From: a virus
Reading direction: 5' to 3' (one strand)
DNA length: 64,000 nt
Virus record (IMG/VR): IMGVR_UViG_3300034062_007046
Coordinates: 1-64,000 of that record
In this document: piece after piece, positions 30,372 to 41,113 of the stretch
How the letters are laid out: every line of letters begins with the position of its first letter
Numbering within the stretch: position 1 is the first letter of the stretch
Translations under genes and position numbers: made by a program
Notes under the pieces: generated by a model
Database searches by the model: none
What the model was told of the DNA's origin: nothing
What the model saw: only the letters and a program-made list of their open reading frames with translations

Positions 30372-33300
30372 TGTTTTTTAAATTGTCTAATGAACAAATA
30401 TCCGCCGTTAGAAAAGAAACGTTCCCAGAACCAGAAACGTTTTCAATAAAAAATTGTATTTTTAAAACCTCTGGAACCGATACAGTTGCCGATTTAGAAA
30501 TTTTATTAAATGATTCATTAGAAAAACCAAAAATTTTTAAAAAACAAGCAGAGAAGAATTATATAAAATTAAAAGTATTTCAAATTCTCTCTGGCGATAT
30601 GAAAGGCGAGCTTCTACAGTCAACTGATATCGTACAAATAGAAGAAATTATTAAAAAATATGGTGTAGAATATAAAGAACTGTTTGCTTGTGCTGATTTT
30701 ATAGGAAGCAAAACAGACGAAAACGATCATATCGTGGAAGGAAGCAACATAACTTTAAAGTATAATACCAATATGGTATTTTCAAAAAAAGATATTGGAT
30801 TTCTTTCATTCGGCATGGTATTTTATTATAATTTTAGAGAATATTCGATTCAAGAAAATATCTCTGAGAAGCATATAATCAAAGAAACTCTTTCAAGCAA
30901 TCTAAAAATTGTTGATGTCTTTAACTCTGAAGGTAAAAATGTAAATATTGACATAGTTCAGGATTTGAGGGTGGTTAACAAAGTGTTTAGTAACAAAGAC
31001 TCACTAAACAGTCTCAGCGACAAAGTTAACATAGAGCAAAAAGTTTTAAAACTTCAGTCGCAACCCAAAAAAACGCCTAATAATACACAATTTTTCTCTT
31101 CACTTTATAATTCAAGAGACGCTCTGGGAAATTTAAATATACTATTTTTTATGGATTATAAAAAAATAATTGAAAATTATTCTAATTTTACTAATATAAT
31201 TCAAAACAGTGAATTTTCATCGGAAGTTTTGAAAAACTGTAAAATAAGCTCTTTAAAAATCGTAAGAAGGCAGATGGAATTTTCAAAAGAGAGCAAAAAA
31301 AGATTTATACCTAAAAGATTGCCTCAAGAAACAGTTGTGTCTACGTCGCAAGATAAAAATAATGGTTTAGTAGCACTCGCGCCTGTTGAAAATAACCTTG
31401 CTTCTATTTCCGAGAATAGCATCCTATCAGAGTTTAGAGCTATAGAAGTAGTAGATAAAACCGTATATAAATCTAAGAGATCTTTTTACCAATATGGTAT
31501 TGAACTTAATGTAAATGATGGTTTTTATGCTTATCTTAAAGATATAAAAGAGCAATTAAATTTTAACGTAAAAGCATTTAAAGACTATTATCAAGAAACA
31601 ACAAAAATTATTAAAACCAACAATCAGACATCGCAACGCGGCTTCCAAAAGCAGATGTCAATTGGATACTATGATCCAATTTTAAACTCGTTCTCAAGAA
31701 CATTTGCAGAAGAAGTCTTCCCGGAACTATACGAAGAAAAAATATTAAAATCCGTTTCTTTTCTCGTTTCTTCATTAAAACTTTTTGGTTCCTTAAATTC
31801 ACAAGAAGATGAATTATTAAAATCCCTTATAGCCTTAGCGAGTCCAATTAGCACAAATAGCGACACGATATTATATTTTATAAGAATCTATGAAAAATTT
31901 ATAAGTCAAGTAGAAAATATATTAAAAAACCTATCTAATACGTCGTTTTCCTTACAATACTGGTTCGATAAAGAAGTTATAGATGCAAGTGAAAATCCAG
32001 CCGTTGGATATGGTTTTTTTAATAAAAATACTGCTGGCGTGTCGAAGATTAGTAACTTGACCTTAGAGACAAAAATAGCTACAGATACAAGAGAATATGT
32101 TAAAAACAATTCTATACCAACAGAAAAAGAAAATTACAAATATTCAAGCGTTTGTCCAACTTTTATAAGTACAATAAACAAAAAAATGTCTTTGTCGTCA
32201 ATTAAAGACATAACAAACGAAGATTTTAGAGAGATGGAATTAGAAATAAAAAGATATAATTCCATCGGAGCCTCGGAGCCCCAACCATTCCTTGATGATG
32301 ATTTGCAAGTTGTAAATGAAAAAAAGCTTGTTACGAACTTAAAAACAGAAAAATTAATGAATAAATTCTCATTTTTTACAAAAAATCGAGCATTAAATCT
32401 AAGCGATCTTTCTAAGATTAAACGAAAAGCAAACGAAAATTCTGAAAAAGTTAACACGGACATAGACCCAGAACTATTGTTTTTAGGAATGTTAAAAAAT
32501 TCAACAAAAAAACCAGTTTTTAAACCAATAACCCCTTATCTTATTTTTAATACAGGTGGCATCCTAAAGCCAATTCTTTCTCTGAGAGATAGGAAATACA
32601 GAGAAGATATTCCAATTCAAATTTACAGTTTATTAAACAAAACTGATACTTTTTTTACTGAATTTGGTATTAAATATTTAACAGATTTAGAGAATAATTC
32701 TAAATTTTTGTTACTTTATAACACAATCCATCAAATAGAAATTTTAGATATTTCAAAAAATGTAAAAGACGAAAAATGGAAATTATTAACAAAAGATATT
32801 TATAATTCCATACCTCAAAATTCAAAAGTATTGTGCAAGCTTAAGTTATTCCAAGATGTTGATTCAAGTATCACTTCATTCGAGGAAATCAGCCTGCCTA
32901 TTTATGACAAATACTTTATTTTAGAAAAAAATGTTTCGCAACAGGACATAGATAAAAGTTTAGAGTTTGTTAAAAAAACTTTTGATTTTTCTGTTTTAAG
33001 AACAGCAAGCACTATAGCCTTTAATCTATCTCCAAATATATTTAAAGCGCAACCAATTAGAAGAGTGACGCAGATTATAAATCGTGCTGCAATACCAAGA
33101 TTGGGTAATCAAACACGAACTATCGCCCCAGCCCAAACGACTGGCGCTTTAGCTAATATTAATCAGCAAAGAGCTAATATACCAAGCACCACATCTCCGC
33201 TCGCTACGGTTATGCAGCCGCAATCAAATGCAACCAAGCCATTACAACAAGTCAACGCGACTGCGTCAAACGATATTGCTACTACAGTGCTACAAGAGCC

Positions 33301-33394
33301 AACTTCAACAAAAGAAAATGAAAAAACCGCAGTTACAAAAAATAACTTTTTAAATAAAATACTAAAATCAGCTATTATTAATAAAGATAAATAA
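30371..33394 (+). CDS. Large hypothetical structural-region protein
   Basis: About 1007-aa ORF; the ATG at 30371 overlaps the previous TAA (track uses TTG at 30365); low-complexity T/Q/A tail. Confidence 0.65.
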   Translation: MFFKLSNEQISAVRKETFPEPETFSIKNCIFKTSGTDTVADLEILLNDSLEKPKIFKKQAEKNYIKLKVFQILSGDMKGELLQSTDIVQIEEIIKKYGVEYKELFACADFIGSKTDENDHIVEGSNITLKYNTNMVFSKKDIGFLSFGMVFYYNFREYSIQENISEKHIIKETLSSNLKIVDVFNSEGKNVNIDIVQDLRVVNKVFSNKDSLNSLSDKVNIEQKVLKLQSQPKKTPNNTQFFSSLYNSRDALGNLNILFFMDYKKIIENYSNFTNIIQNSEFSSEVLKNCKISSLKIVRRQMEFSKESKKRFIPKRLPQETVVSTSQDKNNGLVALAPVENNLASISENSILSEFRAIEVVDKTVYKSKRSFYQYGIELNVNDGFYAYLKDIKEQLNFNVKAFKDYYQETTKIIKTNNQTSQRGFQKQMSIGYYDPILNSFSRTFAEEVFPELYEEKILKSVSFLVSSLKLFGSLNSQEDELLKSLIALASPISTNSDTILYFIRIYEKFISQVENILKNLSNTSFSLQYWFDKEVIDASENPAVGYGFFNKNTAGVSKISNLTLETKIATDTREYVKNNSIPTEKENYKYSSVCPTFISTINKKMSLSSIKDITNEDFREMELEIKRYNSIGASEPQPFLDDDLQVVNEKKLVTNLKTEKLMNKFSFFTKNRALNLSDLSKIKRKANENSEKVNTDIDPELLFLGMLKNSTKKPVFKPITPYLIFNTGGILKPILSLRDRKYREDIPIQIYSLLNKTDTFFTEFGIKYLTDLENNSKFLLLYNTIHQIEILDISKNVKDEKWKLLTKDIYNSIPQNSKVLCKLKLFQDVDSSITSFEEISLPIYDKYFILEKNVSQQDIDKSLEFVKKTFDFSVLRTASTIAFNLSPNIFKAQPIRRVTQIINRAAIPRLGNQTRTIAPAQTTGALANINQQRANIPSTTSPLATVMQPQSNATKPLQQVNATASNDIATTVLQEPTSTKENEKTAVTKNNFLNKILKSAIINKDK

Positions 33395-33413
33395 TAGCAG
33401 GTAAATCCATAAT

Positions 33414-35375
33414 ATGGCAATAGCAAAAATAAAAAAAATCAATAATATCGCGGGCGACGAGGCGTTAAGTAAAATAAAAAGTTTGCCTACCGAGACTTAT
33501 AAAATAGAAGAAAATAAAGAATTATTTTCTGGTATGGTAACATCTTTAACAGATGAACTGCAACCAGCTTCCCTAACTCAGATATTTTCATATTTAAATT
33601 TTTCTTCTAATTGTCACTATGAAGCAAAAAAAGAATTAAAACCCCAACAAAAGTTATCCGATTTTTTTAAGGTACAAATTAATCTTGAATATAATTTTTT
33701 AATCAGAGAGTTTGAAAAACATATCACTGACAATAGAGTTCCAGAGCTTAATCTCCCAAACTTCTATGATACTATTAATTTAGAACTTTCAAAAGAAACA
33801 ACATTTAATAGCGTAGATTTTTTTGAACAAGACCTTTTAAAAAAATACCCCACAGATTTAACCATCCAAAATAAAGACAGTTATACAAAAATATTTTATA
33901 ATTCTAATTTAGATGAAAGTTTAGCACAAACAGTTAGTGCAACAAAATTTTCTGAATACTTAAAAAAATATAATGCGTTTAAAGAGCAGTTTCCGTATTA
34001 TACAGAAATTTTTATAGATAATTCTGAAATACCAAAACCAACTATCAGTATACCGAACAGAAATGATCGTGGAGGCAATTTTTCATTAAAAACTTTTAAT
34101 GATATATTTGAAAAATATTCATTGCATGAAGATGCATTTAGTTATTTTGATAAAAATAAAAGTTCTATAAAGCTTAATCAAGCCGAACAAAAAGATTCAG
34201 AAGTTACAGAAGAAATTATAGACATAAACTTAACTGATCTGATTACTTTTTTTAATAATATTATTGTTATTAATCCATCTATTATTAGTGAGATTAATGC
34301 TATAAGCTCTCTATACCAAATAACTTACAGCAAAATAGTTAGCAATACTGCTTGTTATTCGGAAGTTGTTGGATATAAAATATATAAATATGATACAGAA
34401 GGCAATCTGCCATTACAAGAATTTTATATACCTAATAGCAGGGAAAAAACAACTGAATTTATCGATACCCAGATAAAATATGGTAAGAAATATAGATATA
34501 AAGTATCTCTTTTGACTATAGTAATCGGAACTGATTATAAGTATATCAACAATAGCCAAGATAAAAAAACAATAAATTTTGAATTACAACCAAAAATATT
34601 TTTAGTTGAAATTGATAGCATGAGCTACCAAAATTTCTTGTTGGATTCGCCACCAATAGAGCCAGAGGTAGATATTATTCCGTTTGTTGGAATACAAAAC
34701 AAAATTAAATTTAATCTAAATACGGCTGTTGGTAGAAAACTTGAAGAACCCATTACATTCACTGATCAAGAGAAGGAGAATGTAAGAAAACTCAAAGATT
34801 CGCAGGATCGAATCGATAATTTAATAAAGTTTGAATCAGAAGAGCCAAGTGATTTTTTTGAAATATATCGCTTAGAAAAAGAACCAAAAACTTTTAATGA
34901 TTTTATAGGTTCAAAAAAAATAGTTGCAGAAAACAATGAAAGCTCTGCTGGCTCCTACGTTGATGCGCTTGTCCCTAACAAAAAATTTTATTACACGTTT
35001 AGAAGCGTTGATTACCACGGAAATGTTTCTAATCCAAGCGTTGTTTATGTCGTAGAAATAATTAATGACAACGGAACTATATTTCCACTTATAACAACTC
35101 TTGAAATAAAACCAGACCCGTTGAAAATGGAGAGTAAAAAATTCAGAAGGTTTTTATCTATATCTCCAAATTTGTCAAATACATTAATAAGCTTAGAAAA
35201 AAATAATAATTTCGAAGGTTTGACGAGTAAAGAAAGTATTCTTAAAGACGCTAAAATCGGGTTAAACCAGCAAGGCGTGTGGGACAAGAAGTTTAAAATA
35301 AGAATAAATTCTATATCAAGCGGAAGAAAGATAGATATAAATGTTACATTTAAAATAGACAAGAAAAGTCAATAA
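33414..35375 (+). CDS. Structural-region protein with Fn3-like beta-sandwich segments
   Basis: FIDTQIKYGKKYRYKV and YVDALVPNKKFYYTFRSVD.HG..SNPS patterns. Confidence 0.55.
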   Translation: MAIAKIKKINNIAGDEALSKIKSLPTETYKIEENKELFSGMVTSLTDELQPASLTQIFSYLNFSSNCHYEAKKELKPQQKLSDFFKVQINLEYNFLIREFEKHITDNRVPELNLPNFYDTINLELSKETTFNSVDFFEQDLLKKYPTDLTIQNKDSYTKIFYNSNLDESLAQTVSATKFSEYLKKYNAFKEQFPYYTEIFIDNSEIPKPTISIPNRNDRGGNFSLKTFNDIFEKYSLHEDAFSYFDKNKSSIKLNQAEQKDSEVTEEIIDINLTDLITFFNNIIVINPSIISEINAISSLYQITYSKIVSNTACYSEVVGYKIYKYDTEGNLPLQEFYIPNSREKTTEFIDTQIKYGKKYRYKVSLLTIVIGTDYKYINNSQDKKTINFELQPKIFLVEIDSMSYQNFLLDSPPIEPEVDIIPFVGIQNKIKFNLNTAVGRKLEEPITFTDQEKENVRKLKDSQDRIDNLIKFESEEPSDFFEIYRLEKEPKTFNDFIGSKKIVAENNESSAGSYVDALVPNKKFYYTFRSVDYHGNVSNPSVVYVVEIINDNGTIFPLITTLEIKPDPLKMESKKFRRFLSISPNLSNTLISLEKNNNFEGLTSKESILKDAKIGLNQQGVWDKKFKIRINSISSGRKIDINVTFKIDKKSQ

Positions 35376-35386
35376 TGTACTTAACT

Positions 35387-35394
35387 ACTAATTA
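35387..35394 (+). promoter_or_regulatory. Candidate late promoter ACTAATTA
   Basis: Intergenic, about 30 nt upstream of the ATG and before the GGGAG RBS; recurring motif. Confidence 0.55.
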
Positions 35395-35424
35395 TAACAA
35401 CTATTACAATTTTGGGAGATAAAA

Positions 35425-36405
35425 ATGGCATTTTTAGATAACAGTGGTGATATTATCCTTGACGCTGTTTTAACAGATACAGGAAGAATGCGTTTAGCAA
35501 AAGGCGACGGCTCTTTTAGAGTTACAAAATTTGCTCTTGGAGATGATGAAATTAATTACTCTCTCTATGATAAAAACAACTCAAGCGGTAGCGCTTATTT
35601 TGATTTAAATATTCTTCAAACGCCTGTTTTTGAAGCTTTTACAAATAATATTGCTTCATTGAATAGTAGACTAATTTCTATTTCAAGAAATAATCTACTG
35701 TATCTACCAGTTTTAAAAATTAACGATGTAGAAAGCGGCGTATCAAATTATGCTATCCCACAAATAGTACAAAACGGTTATATTTTAGCAGTCGATAATT
35801 CAACAGAAACCTTGCTACAAAAAAATGCTTTAACTTATAACGGTACCAGTGTTAGCCAAAAGGGTGTTTTAACTGGCTTCTCGCCAAGAAATGGTGTTAC
35901 TGTTAGAATAGATCAAGGCATCGATAACACAAGCATACCAGCAAGCTTAGTGTTAGATCCAGACCTAAAAGAAACTCAGTATTTAGTTGAAATTGATAAT
36001 CGTTTTGGGCAAATAGTAGATCCAACTGGCGAAACTGTCGCAACTCCATCATTTATCGACGATGATGACGTAGCAACTTATTATTTCTCACAAGGTGTAG
36101 ACGATGTGTTTGTGCAAGATAATAAAAGCACAGAAACAATCACCAACGCAACACAAAATGCAAGCAGAGAAGTTATAGCTGGTTCGCGCGGTACAATTCT
36201 TAAGTTTAAAATTAAATCAGCATTAGAGGTCGCTACAAGCGATTATCTATTTAATCAGATCGGTAGCGATATCACAGCCCTACTTGGTGGCGTAACACCA
36301 ACAGTAGCAAATGCTAAAAGTATTATCACAACAGTTAGAGTGACTGGTTTAACAACTGGCTATGCTATCGATGTTCCTTTGGTTCTTATCAAATATATTT
36401 CATAA
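35425..36405 (+). CDS. Virion structural protein (tail-collar/baseplate fibre anchor, N-half-like)
   Basis: DAVLTDTGR.RLA.G...TKFALGDDEI motif. Confidence 0.65.
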   Translation: MAFLDNSGDIILDAVLTDTGRMRLAKGDGSFRVTKFALGDDEINYSLYDKNNSSGSAYFDLNILQTPVFEAFTNNIASLNSRLISISRNNLLYLPVLKINDVESGVSNYAIPQIVQNGYILAVDNSTETLLQKNALTYNGTSVSQKGVLTGFSPRNGVTVRIDQGIDNTSIPASLVLDPDLKETQYLVEIDNRFGQIVDPTGETVATPSFIDDDDVATYYFSQGVDDVFVQDNKSTETITNATQNASREVIAGSRGTILKFKIKSALEVATSDYLFNQIGSDITALLGGVTPTVANAKSIITTVRVTGLTTGYAIDVPLVLIKYIS

Positions 36406-36420
36406 TTTAGGGGTAATTAA

Positions 36421-37548
36421 ATGGCTACTACTTATAAAAGTTTCTTAGACGATGACATTGTTTCAACAAAAACACTTCTACACGAAAACATTCCCGTAAC
36501 AGGTACAATAATCTCCAGCTCTACTTATGGAACTGGTAATATAAAACCGTATGCTCATGGCATGTTCCAGAGTGTTTATGATTACCCTTATTTAAGCTCA
36601 TCAGCTAATCATTTGTTTGACATGTCAGTAGGGCTGGCTGCTAATACCCCTGGTAGCAGCAGTGCGGACTCTTTTGTAACCAAAAAAGTTAATCTTTACA
36701 ATCAGATGGCGCAAATTTTGGTAGGCTTCGATGCTACGGGCTCTATTTTAAAATTTGATCGCGATGGCGATACAGCAACGGCAGATGCAGTTGAAAAATT
36801 TAATTCAGCGTTTTTCTTAAACTTTAGCCGTCTTTTAGTTAAAGATGAAATTAAAAAAGGCAGCTTCCAGCTTACTTTGGGCATTAACTCTTCCAGCGCT
36901 TCCCCTTTTAACGCTACATGTTTAATATCTGATGCATCCGCCTCTTCTGGTGGTGGTTATAAAGTTAATTCGCCAACTGGTGAATATGGTGTTCTCTATG
37001 CTTCAAATTTTTCAAGTGCGTCCGCAGGAAATTCAAATGATGAAGTTGGTTTAATATTCTACCAAGCTGGTGTTGCTGTTATTTCAACGGCAGTATTCGC
37101 ACAATCAAGTTCAAATAGTGTGTTAACATCAATGTCTGGAAATCAACAAGGGCAATTAGCTTCTGGCTACGTTCTACAAATGGCTGGAACTGGTAGCACT
37201 TATGCAAATGTTGAAGCTCTATATGGTACAGGGTCCATTTCAGACGCCGCAGCTGCCCTGAGAAATAGAATCAGAAATGTGACTTTCAATAACACAACAG
37301 AGTTGAATTCAACAATTCATTTTTGTAGAGTAAATCATAATGATTTTAACTATAGTTCTAATCCAACTTACCTAAGTTCAAGCCAGATTAGAGTCAAAAA
37401 TAAAACAACCGATGCCCCAGTTAGTTACATAACTACGGTAGGTTTGTATTCGCCTGACAACGAATTATTAGCAGTAGCTAAATTATCGGAACCAATCAAA
37501 AAAGACCCAACGCAAGAATTAATTCTAAGAGTAAGATTGGATTACTAA
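36421..37548 (+). CDS. Virion structural protein (tail-collar/baseplate fibre anchor, C-half-like)
   Basis: FNYSSNPTY and YITTVGLY..DNELLAVAKLSEP..K....L.RVRLDY; paralog of 37789..38769. Confidence 0.65.
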   Translation: MATTYKSFLDDDIVSTKTLLHENIPVTGTIISSSTYGTGNIKPYAHGMFQSVYDYPYLSSSANHLFDMSVGLAANTPGSSSADSFVTKKVNLYNQMAQILVGFDATGSILKFDRDGDTATADAVEKFNSAFFLNFSRLLVKDEIKKGSFQLTLGINSSSASPFNATCLISDASASSGGGYKVNSPTGEYGVLYASNFSSASAGNSNDEVGLIFYQAGVAVISTAVFAQSSSNSVLTSMSGNQQGQLASGYVLQMAGTGSTYANVEALYGTGSISDAAAALRNRIRNVTFNNTTELNSTIHFCRVNHNDFNYSSNPTYLSSSQIRVKNKTTDAPVSYITTVGLYSPDNELLAVAKLSEPIKKDPTQELILRVRLDY

Positions 37549-37549
37549 T

Positions 37550-37780
37550 ATGTCATTTAAAAAATTTGAAAAAAGTGATGTTTTTAAAAATGTTGTAAAA
37601 ACAACTCCTTATTTTGAATTTAAAATTTATGGTGGAAAAGTATATTTAAATAATTCTCTTAGAGGATATACGGATTTAAACACTTTAAAGGAAGCGCCCG
37701 CTATTTCAGCTGGTTGTGATATTCCAAACTCTTTTGATTTCTCTTGTGAAGATAACTCATACAATGTTTCACTTGTTTAA
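37550..37780 (+). CDS. Small structural-region protein
   Basis: Tightly packed ORF; Cys-containing C-terminus (CDIPNSFDFSCEDNSY). Confidence 0.65.
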   Translation: MSFKKFEKSDVFKNVVKTTPYFEFKIYGGKVYLNNSLRGYTDLNTLKEAPAISAGCDIPNSFDFSCEDNSYNVSLV

Positions 37781-37788
37781 CATGAAAA

Positions 37789-38769
37789 ATGGCAGATAAT
37801 ACAAAATATTATGCATATTTACCAAAAGGAAGTAGTGAGTCCTCTTTTAAGACCGTCACTACTTCTTCGTATAATTCTGCTTTAGACGGGGATTTGCAAG
37901 TATCGTACTATCCCTATTCATCTTCTATAGATGTTAAATACCTGTATCAGACAAACGAATATACGCCGTATAAAAAACACATTTATGCATTAAAAAATGT
38001 ATTAGATAGAAATATAATTTACAGTAAACATTTTGCTTATAGTTCATCTTTAGGTAATAAAGAAACCCAACAGTTAACTCTCGTAAGCATACCGTCTATT
38101 TTCTATGGGTCATCCATAGAAAAAGGTAGTTTAGAATTAAAATTTTTTGTTACCGGGACTCTTATTGGTAAATTAGAGGATTCTAAATTAAACGGAGAGC
38201 TTATAGAAACAACTGGGTCGAACGCTGGTTCTGTAGCTGGTGTTGTGCTATATAAAGAAGGCTTTATATTACTTACTGGCTCTTGGAATTTAAATAATTC
38301 CCACACAGAAGTATATGAATATGTACCAAGCATTGGTTCACCCACTAATCCAAAATGGATTTACTGGGGTGCTGGGTTCAACAACACTTCCTCAAATCCA
38401 GCGAGTTCAAGCTTTGACATAAACTTCAGAGGAACTAATTATGTTCCTACTGTCACTTTATTAGCCCATGCCGAAAAAGGCGAACTAAACCATTCCAATA
38501 ATCCTACATACATAAAATATAATGAGATTAATGCAAAAAATAAAATAACTTCATCTACCTCTTATTATGAGCCTAATAACATAGAAATAAAAAATGTCGT
38601 AAAATATCCTTATGAAAATTATAGTGGCTCGCTTGAAAAGGAGACATATATAACAAAAATAGGTATCTATGATGATAAGAAAAATTTAATAGCAGTTGCT
38701 AAATTAGCAAAACCAATAAGAAAAACACAAAATAGAGATTTTACTTTTAAACTTAAGTTGGACATATAA
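37789..38769 (+). CDS. Virion structural protein, paralog of 36421..37548
   Basis: NHSNNPTY and YITKIGIYD..NLIAVAKLAKP.RK....FTFKLKLDI. Confidence 0.65.
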   Translation: MADNTKYYAYLPKGSSESSFKTVTTSSYNSALDGDLQVSYYPYSSSIDVKYLYQTNEYTPYKKHIYALKNVLDRNIIYSKHFAYSSSLGNKETQQLTLVSIPSIFYGSSIEKGSLELKFFVTGTLIGKLEDSKLNGELIETTGSNAGSVAGVVLYKEGFILLTGSWNLNNSHTEVYEYVPSIGSPTNPKWIYWGAGFNNTSSNPASSSFDINFRGTNYVPTVTLLAHAEKGELNHSNNPTYIKYNEINAKNKITSSTSYYEPNNIEIKNVVKYPYENYSGSLEKETYITKIGIYDDKKNLIAVAKLAKPIRKTQNRDFTFKLKLDI

Positions 38770-39842
38770 TGAGCGATACATCTGAAAAAGTAAAAGTATT
38801 AAACCAAAGCACAATTGAAACAATTGATGCAGCTTTTTTAGACTACGTAGAGGGTCTTAATCTATTTTGCACAACTATAAATGGATGGGAAAAAATACCA
38901 GTTATTTGGTCTTCTGCGGAAAGAGCTTTTCAAATAAAAAATAACAGAGAGATCAGAGACAAAAATGGTTCTCTCATTCCACCAATAATTTCTATAGAAA
39001 GAACATCTACTGTCAAAGATCCAAATAAAAAAGGCTCTTTTCAAGCTAATTTGTCGCCAAAAAACGATAGATATGTTTACGCAAAAGAACTAAACCAAGA
39101 TAAGACATCTAATTTTGCCAATGCGGATACTTTAAAAACAAGAGGACAAATAAATTTTGCCACCTCTAAGAAAAATAAAAAAAAGGTATATAGGTATATA
39201 TCCGTTCCTATACCAGTATACATTACTGTTGAATATAAAATTAATATAATAACAAACTATCAAAGTCAAATGAATGAAGTGATTCAGCCGTTTATGTCAA
39301 GAAACGCTCAGAATTATTTTGTTATAAATAAAGACGCGTATAGATATGAATGTTTTATGGATCAAAACTTTCAACAAGATAGTATTGCGAGCCTTGGCGA
39401 AGAAGAAAGAAAGTATAAATCAGTAATTACAGTAAAAGTTCTTGGTTATTTGATCGGAGAAGGAAATAACCAAGAAAAACCGCAAATTATTGAACAAGAA
39501 AATGCTGTTGAATTAAAAATACCAAAAGAAAATTTATCTATAATTCAAGAAGAGCCAAGAAGGCAAAGAGAGGCTCCAAGTTTATTTAGAAGCAACGGAG
39601 TTACACAAACTGCTGCCACTATACCAGTTAAAAAAATATATTTAATAGGAAATGGTATTGATTCAATCTATAAAGTTACTCATGGAATGGGTACAAGAGA
39701 TATTTTTGTGATTGTCAGAGAAAGTGCTTCTCCTTATTCGATTGTAGAAGTTGGTATAGATTATAGTGACTTAAATCATATTGATATCGATATGGGCGAT
39801 ATTATTAGTAGTGATAGCTACACGGTAACAATTATAGGTTAA
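38769..39842 (+). CDS. Tail sheath stabiliser/terminator (T4 gp15-like) with appended C-terminal beta domain
   Basis: IPVIW.S.ER, P.ISIERT, P.YITVEY.I.I.T.Y..QMNE..QPF; extra THGMGTRDIFVIV domain. Confidence 0.65.
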   Translation: MSDTSEKVKVLNQSTIETIDAAFLDYVEGLNLFCTTINGWEKIPVIWSSAERAFQIKNNREIRDKNGSLIPPIISIERTSTVKDPNKKGSFQANLSPKNDRYVYAKELNQDKTSNFANADTLKTRGQINFATSKKNKKKVYRYISVPIPVYITVEYKINIITNYQSQMNEVIQPFMSRNAQNYFVINKDAYRYECFMDQNFQQDSIASLGEEERKYKSVITVKVLGYLIGEGNNQEKPQIIEQENAVELKIPKENLSIIQEEPRRQREAPSLFRSNGVTQTAATIPVKKIYLIGNGIDSIYKVTHGMGTRDIFVIVRESASPYSIVEVGIDYSDLNHIDIDMGDIISSDSYTVTIIG

Positions 39843-39856
39843 AAAAATTGTTTAAA

Positions 39857-39864
39857 ACTATTTA
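39857..39864 (+). promoter_or_regulatory. Candidate late promoter ACTATTTA
   Basis: Intergenic, about 24 nt upstream of the ATG at 39889. Confidence 0.55.
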
Positions 39865-39888
39865 AAAATATAAATTTAGGAAAATATC

Positions 39889-40578
39889 ATGGCAGATCAA
39901 AGCTTAATAATAAAAGATGGAAATGGGTCTTTAAGCGCGCTATCAGTTTTCAGCGGCGCTCTTGGATTAGTGCCAGAACATGCAATCAGTGGAACTGTGA
40001 ATGTTACTGCTTCCCTAACAAACCCCGTTTATACAACTGGAACAGTTGCAGTTTCAAATTACCAGTCTACTTCTTTGTGGGTTACATCGTCATTTGCAAG
40101 CCCAGTATATGTTTCGTCTTCTACTGGAAAAGAGCTTTATGTTACAAATACCTCGACTACACCAATACACGTCACCTCATCAGAAATCAATCCAGTAATT
40201 ACAAAAAATACTATAGCAACTATTCCTGTTAGAAATACATTTTCGTCATTTGCAGGTACAATAAACTGGGCGGGGACTGGTTCATCTAATATTAGCGGTA
40301 CATTTATCTTAGCACAAACTTCCTCTACGAGAAAGGGACTGATGTTCGCTAATAATACAAATAAAGATCTGTATGTAGCACTTGGCGATACAGACTTTGC
40401 TTCAACAAACGGGTTCTTGTTAACAAGTACCGCAGTTGCTCCTTCGTATTATTCATTTATAGTCTATCCGTCTGGTACATACTTTGCAGAACCAACATTT
40501 GTAAATCTTAAGCACAGCGGTTTTTTTGTAAGCTCATCAAATATCGATGTTCAGATTTCATCAGTAACCACAGAGTAA
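39889..40578 (+). CDS. Ser/Thr-rich virion surface protein
   Basis: Repeated V-T-[AS]-S..PVY units and a beta-rich C-domain (RKGL.F.NNT..DLYV.LG). Confidence 0.6.
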   Translation: MADQSLIIKDGNGSLSALSVFSGALGLVPEHAISGTVNVTASLTNPVYTTGTVAVSNYQSTSLWVTSSFASPVYVSSSTGKELYVTNTSTTPIHVTSSEINPVITKNTIATIPVRNTFSSFAGTINWAGTGSSNISGTFILAQTSSTRKGLMFANNTNKDLYVALGDTDFASTNGFLLTSTAVAPSYYSFIVYPSGTYFAEPTFVNLKHSGFFVSSSNIDVQISSVTTE

Positions 40579-40582
40579 AAAA

Positions 40583-41065
40583 ATGTCTATTTCATATCCA
40601 GTTTCATCAGGCGGCGGCGGTACCACAATAGTAAGCGAGAGAGCTCAGTACGCTATTCCTGCAACAATAAATACCACTTTTCCTATCGTTATAAGTGGAT
40701 CAACTTCTTCGGGGCAAATAGCTACACTGTTTATTCCCCCAACCTACCTTTACCAAATGTCTGGCAGCTATTCGCTGGTTGTAGTAGGAGAAATTACTGG
40801 TGCAGCTGGCGTAACTGGAAGTTTGCAAGTGGAAGGTCCAGAAACTTTTACAGCTAAATTGACAGCGTATGATCCGGTTGGTGCTGGTAATTCTGCTATG
40901 GGCGTTAGGCTTTCTGGAAGTACACAAGGGTACGACTTTATCAACTATCCTCTTGATCTTGGACCGGGTAATGATTTTGGTGCTTCGTTGCCAATTAGCT
41001 TTTCTGGCTCGGTTTCCAACTATACAGCGAGCATTTATAGTGTTCACTTAAGCCCAACCCTATAG
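40583..41065 (+). CDS. Ser/Gly-rich virion surface protein
   Basis: Beta-rich; four SGS motifs plus TGS, TAS and TSS. Confidence 0.55.
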   Translation: MSISYPVSSGGGGTTIVSERAQYAIPATINTTFPIVISGSTSSGQIATLFIPPTYLYQMSGSYSLVVVGEITGAAGVTGSLQVEGPETFTAKLTAYDPVGAGNSAMGVRLSGSTQGYDFINYPLDLGPGNDFGASLPISFSGSVSNYTASIYSVHLSPTL

Positions 41066-41099
41066 TATAACAAAAAAAGTTCTTTTTTTAAATTTAAAT

Positions 41100-41107
41100 A
41101 CTAATTA
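41100..41107 (+). promoter_or_regulatory. Candidate late promoter ACTAATTA
   Basis: Intergenic, just upstream of the structured leader of the coiled-coil fibre gene. Confidence 0.55.
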
Positions 41108-41113
41108 ATCTAC

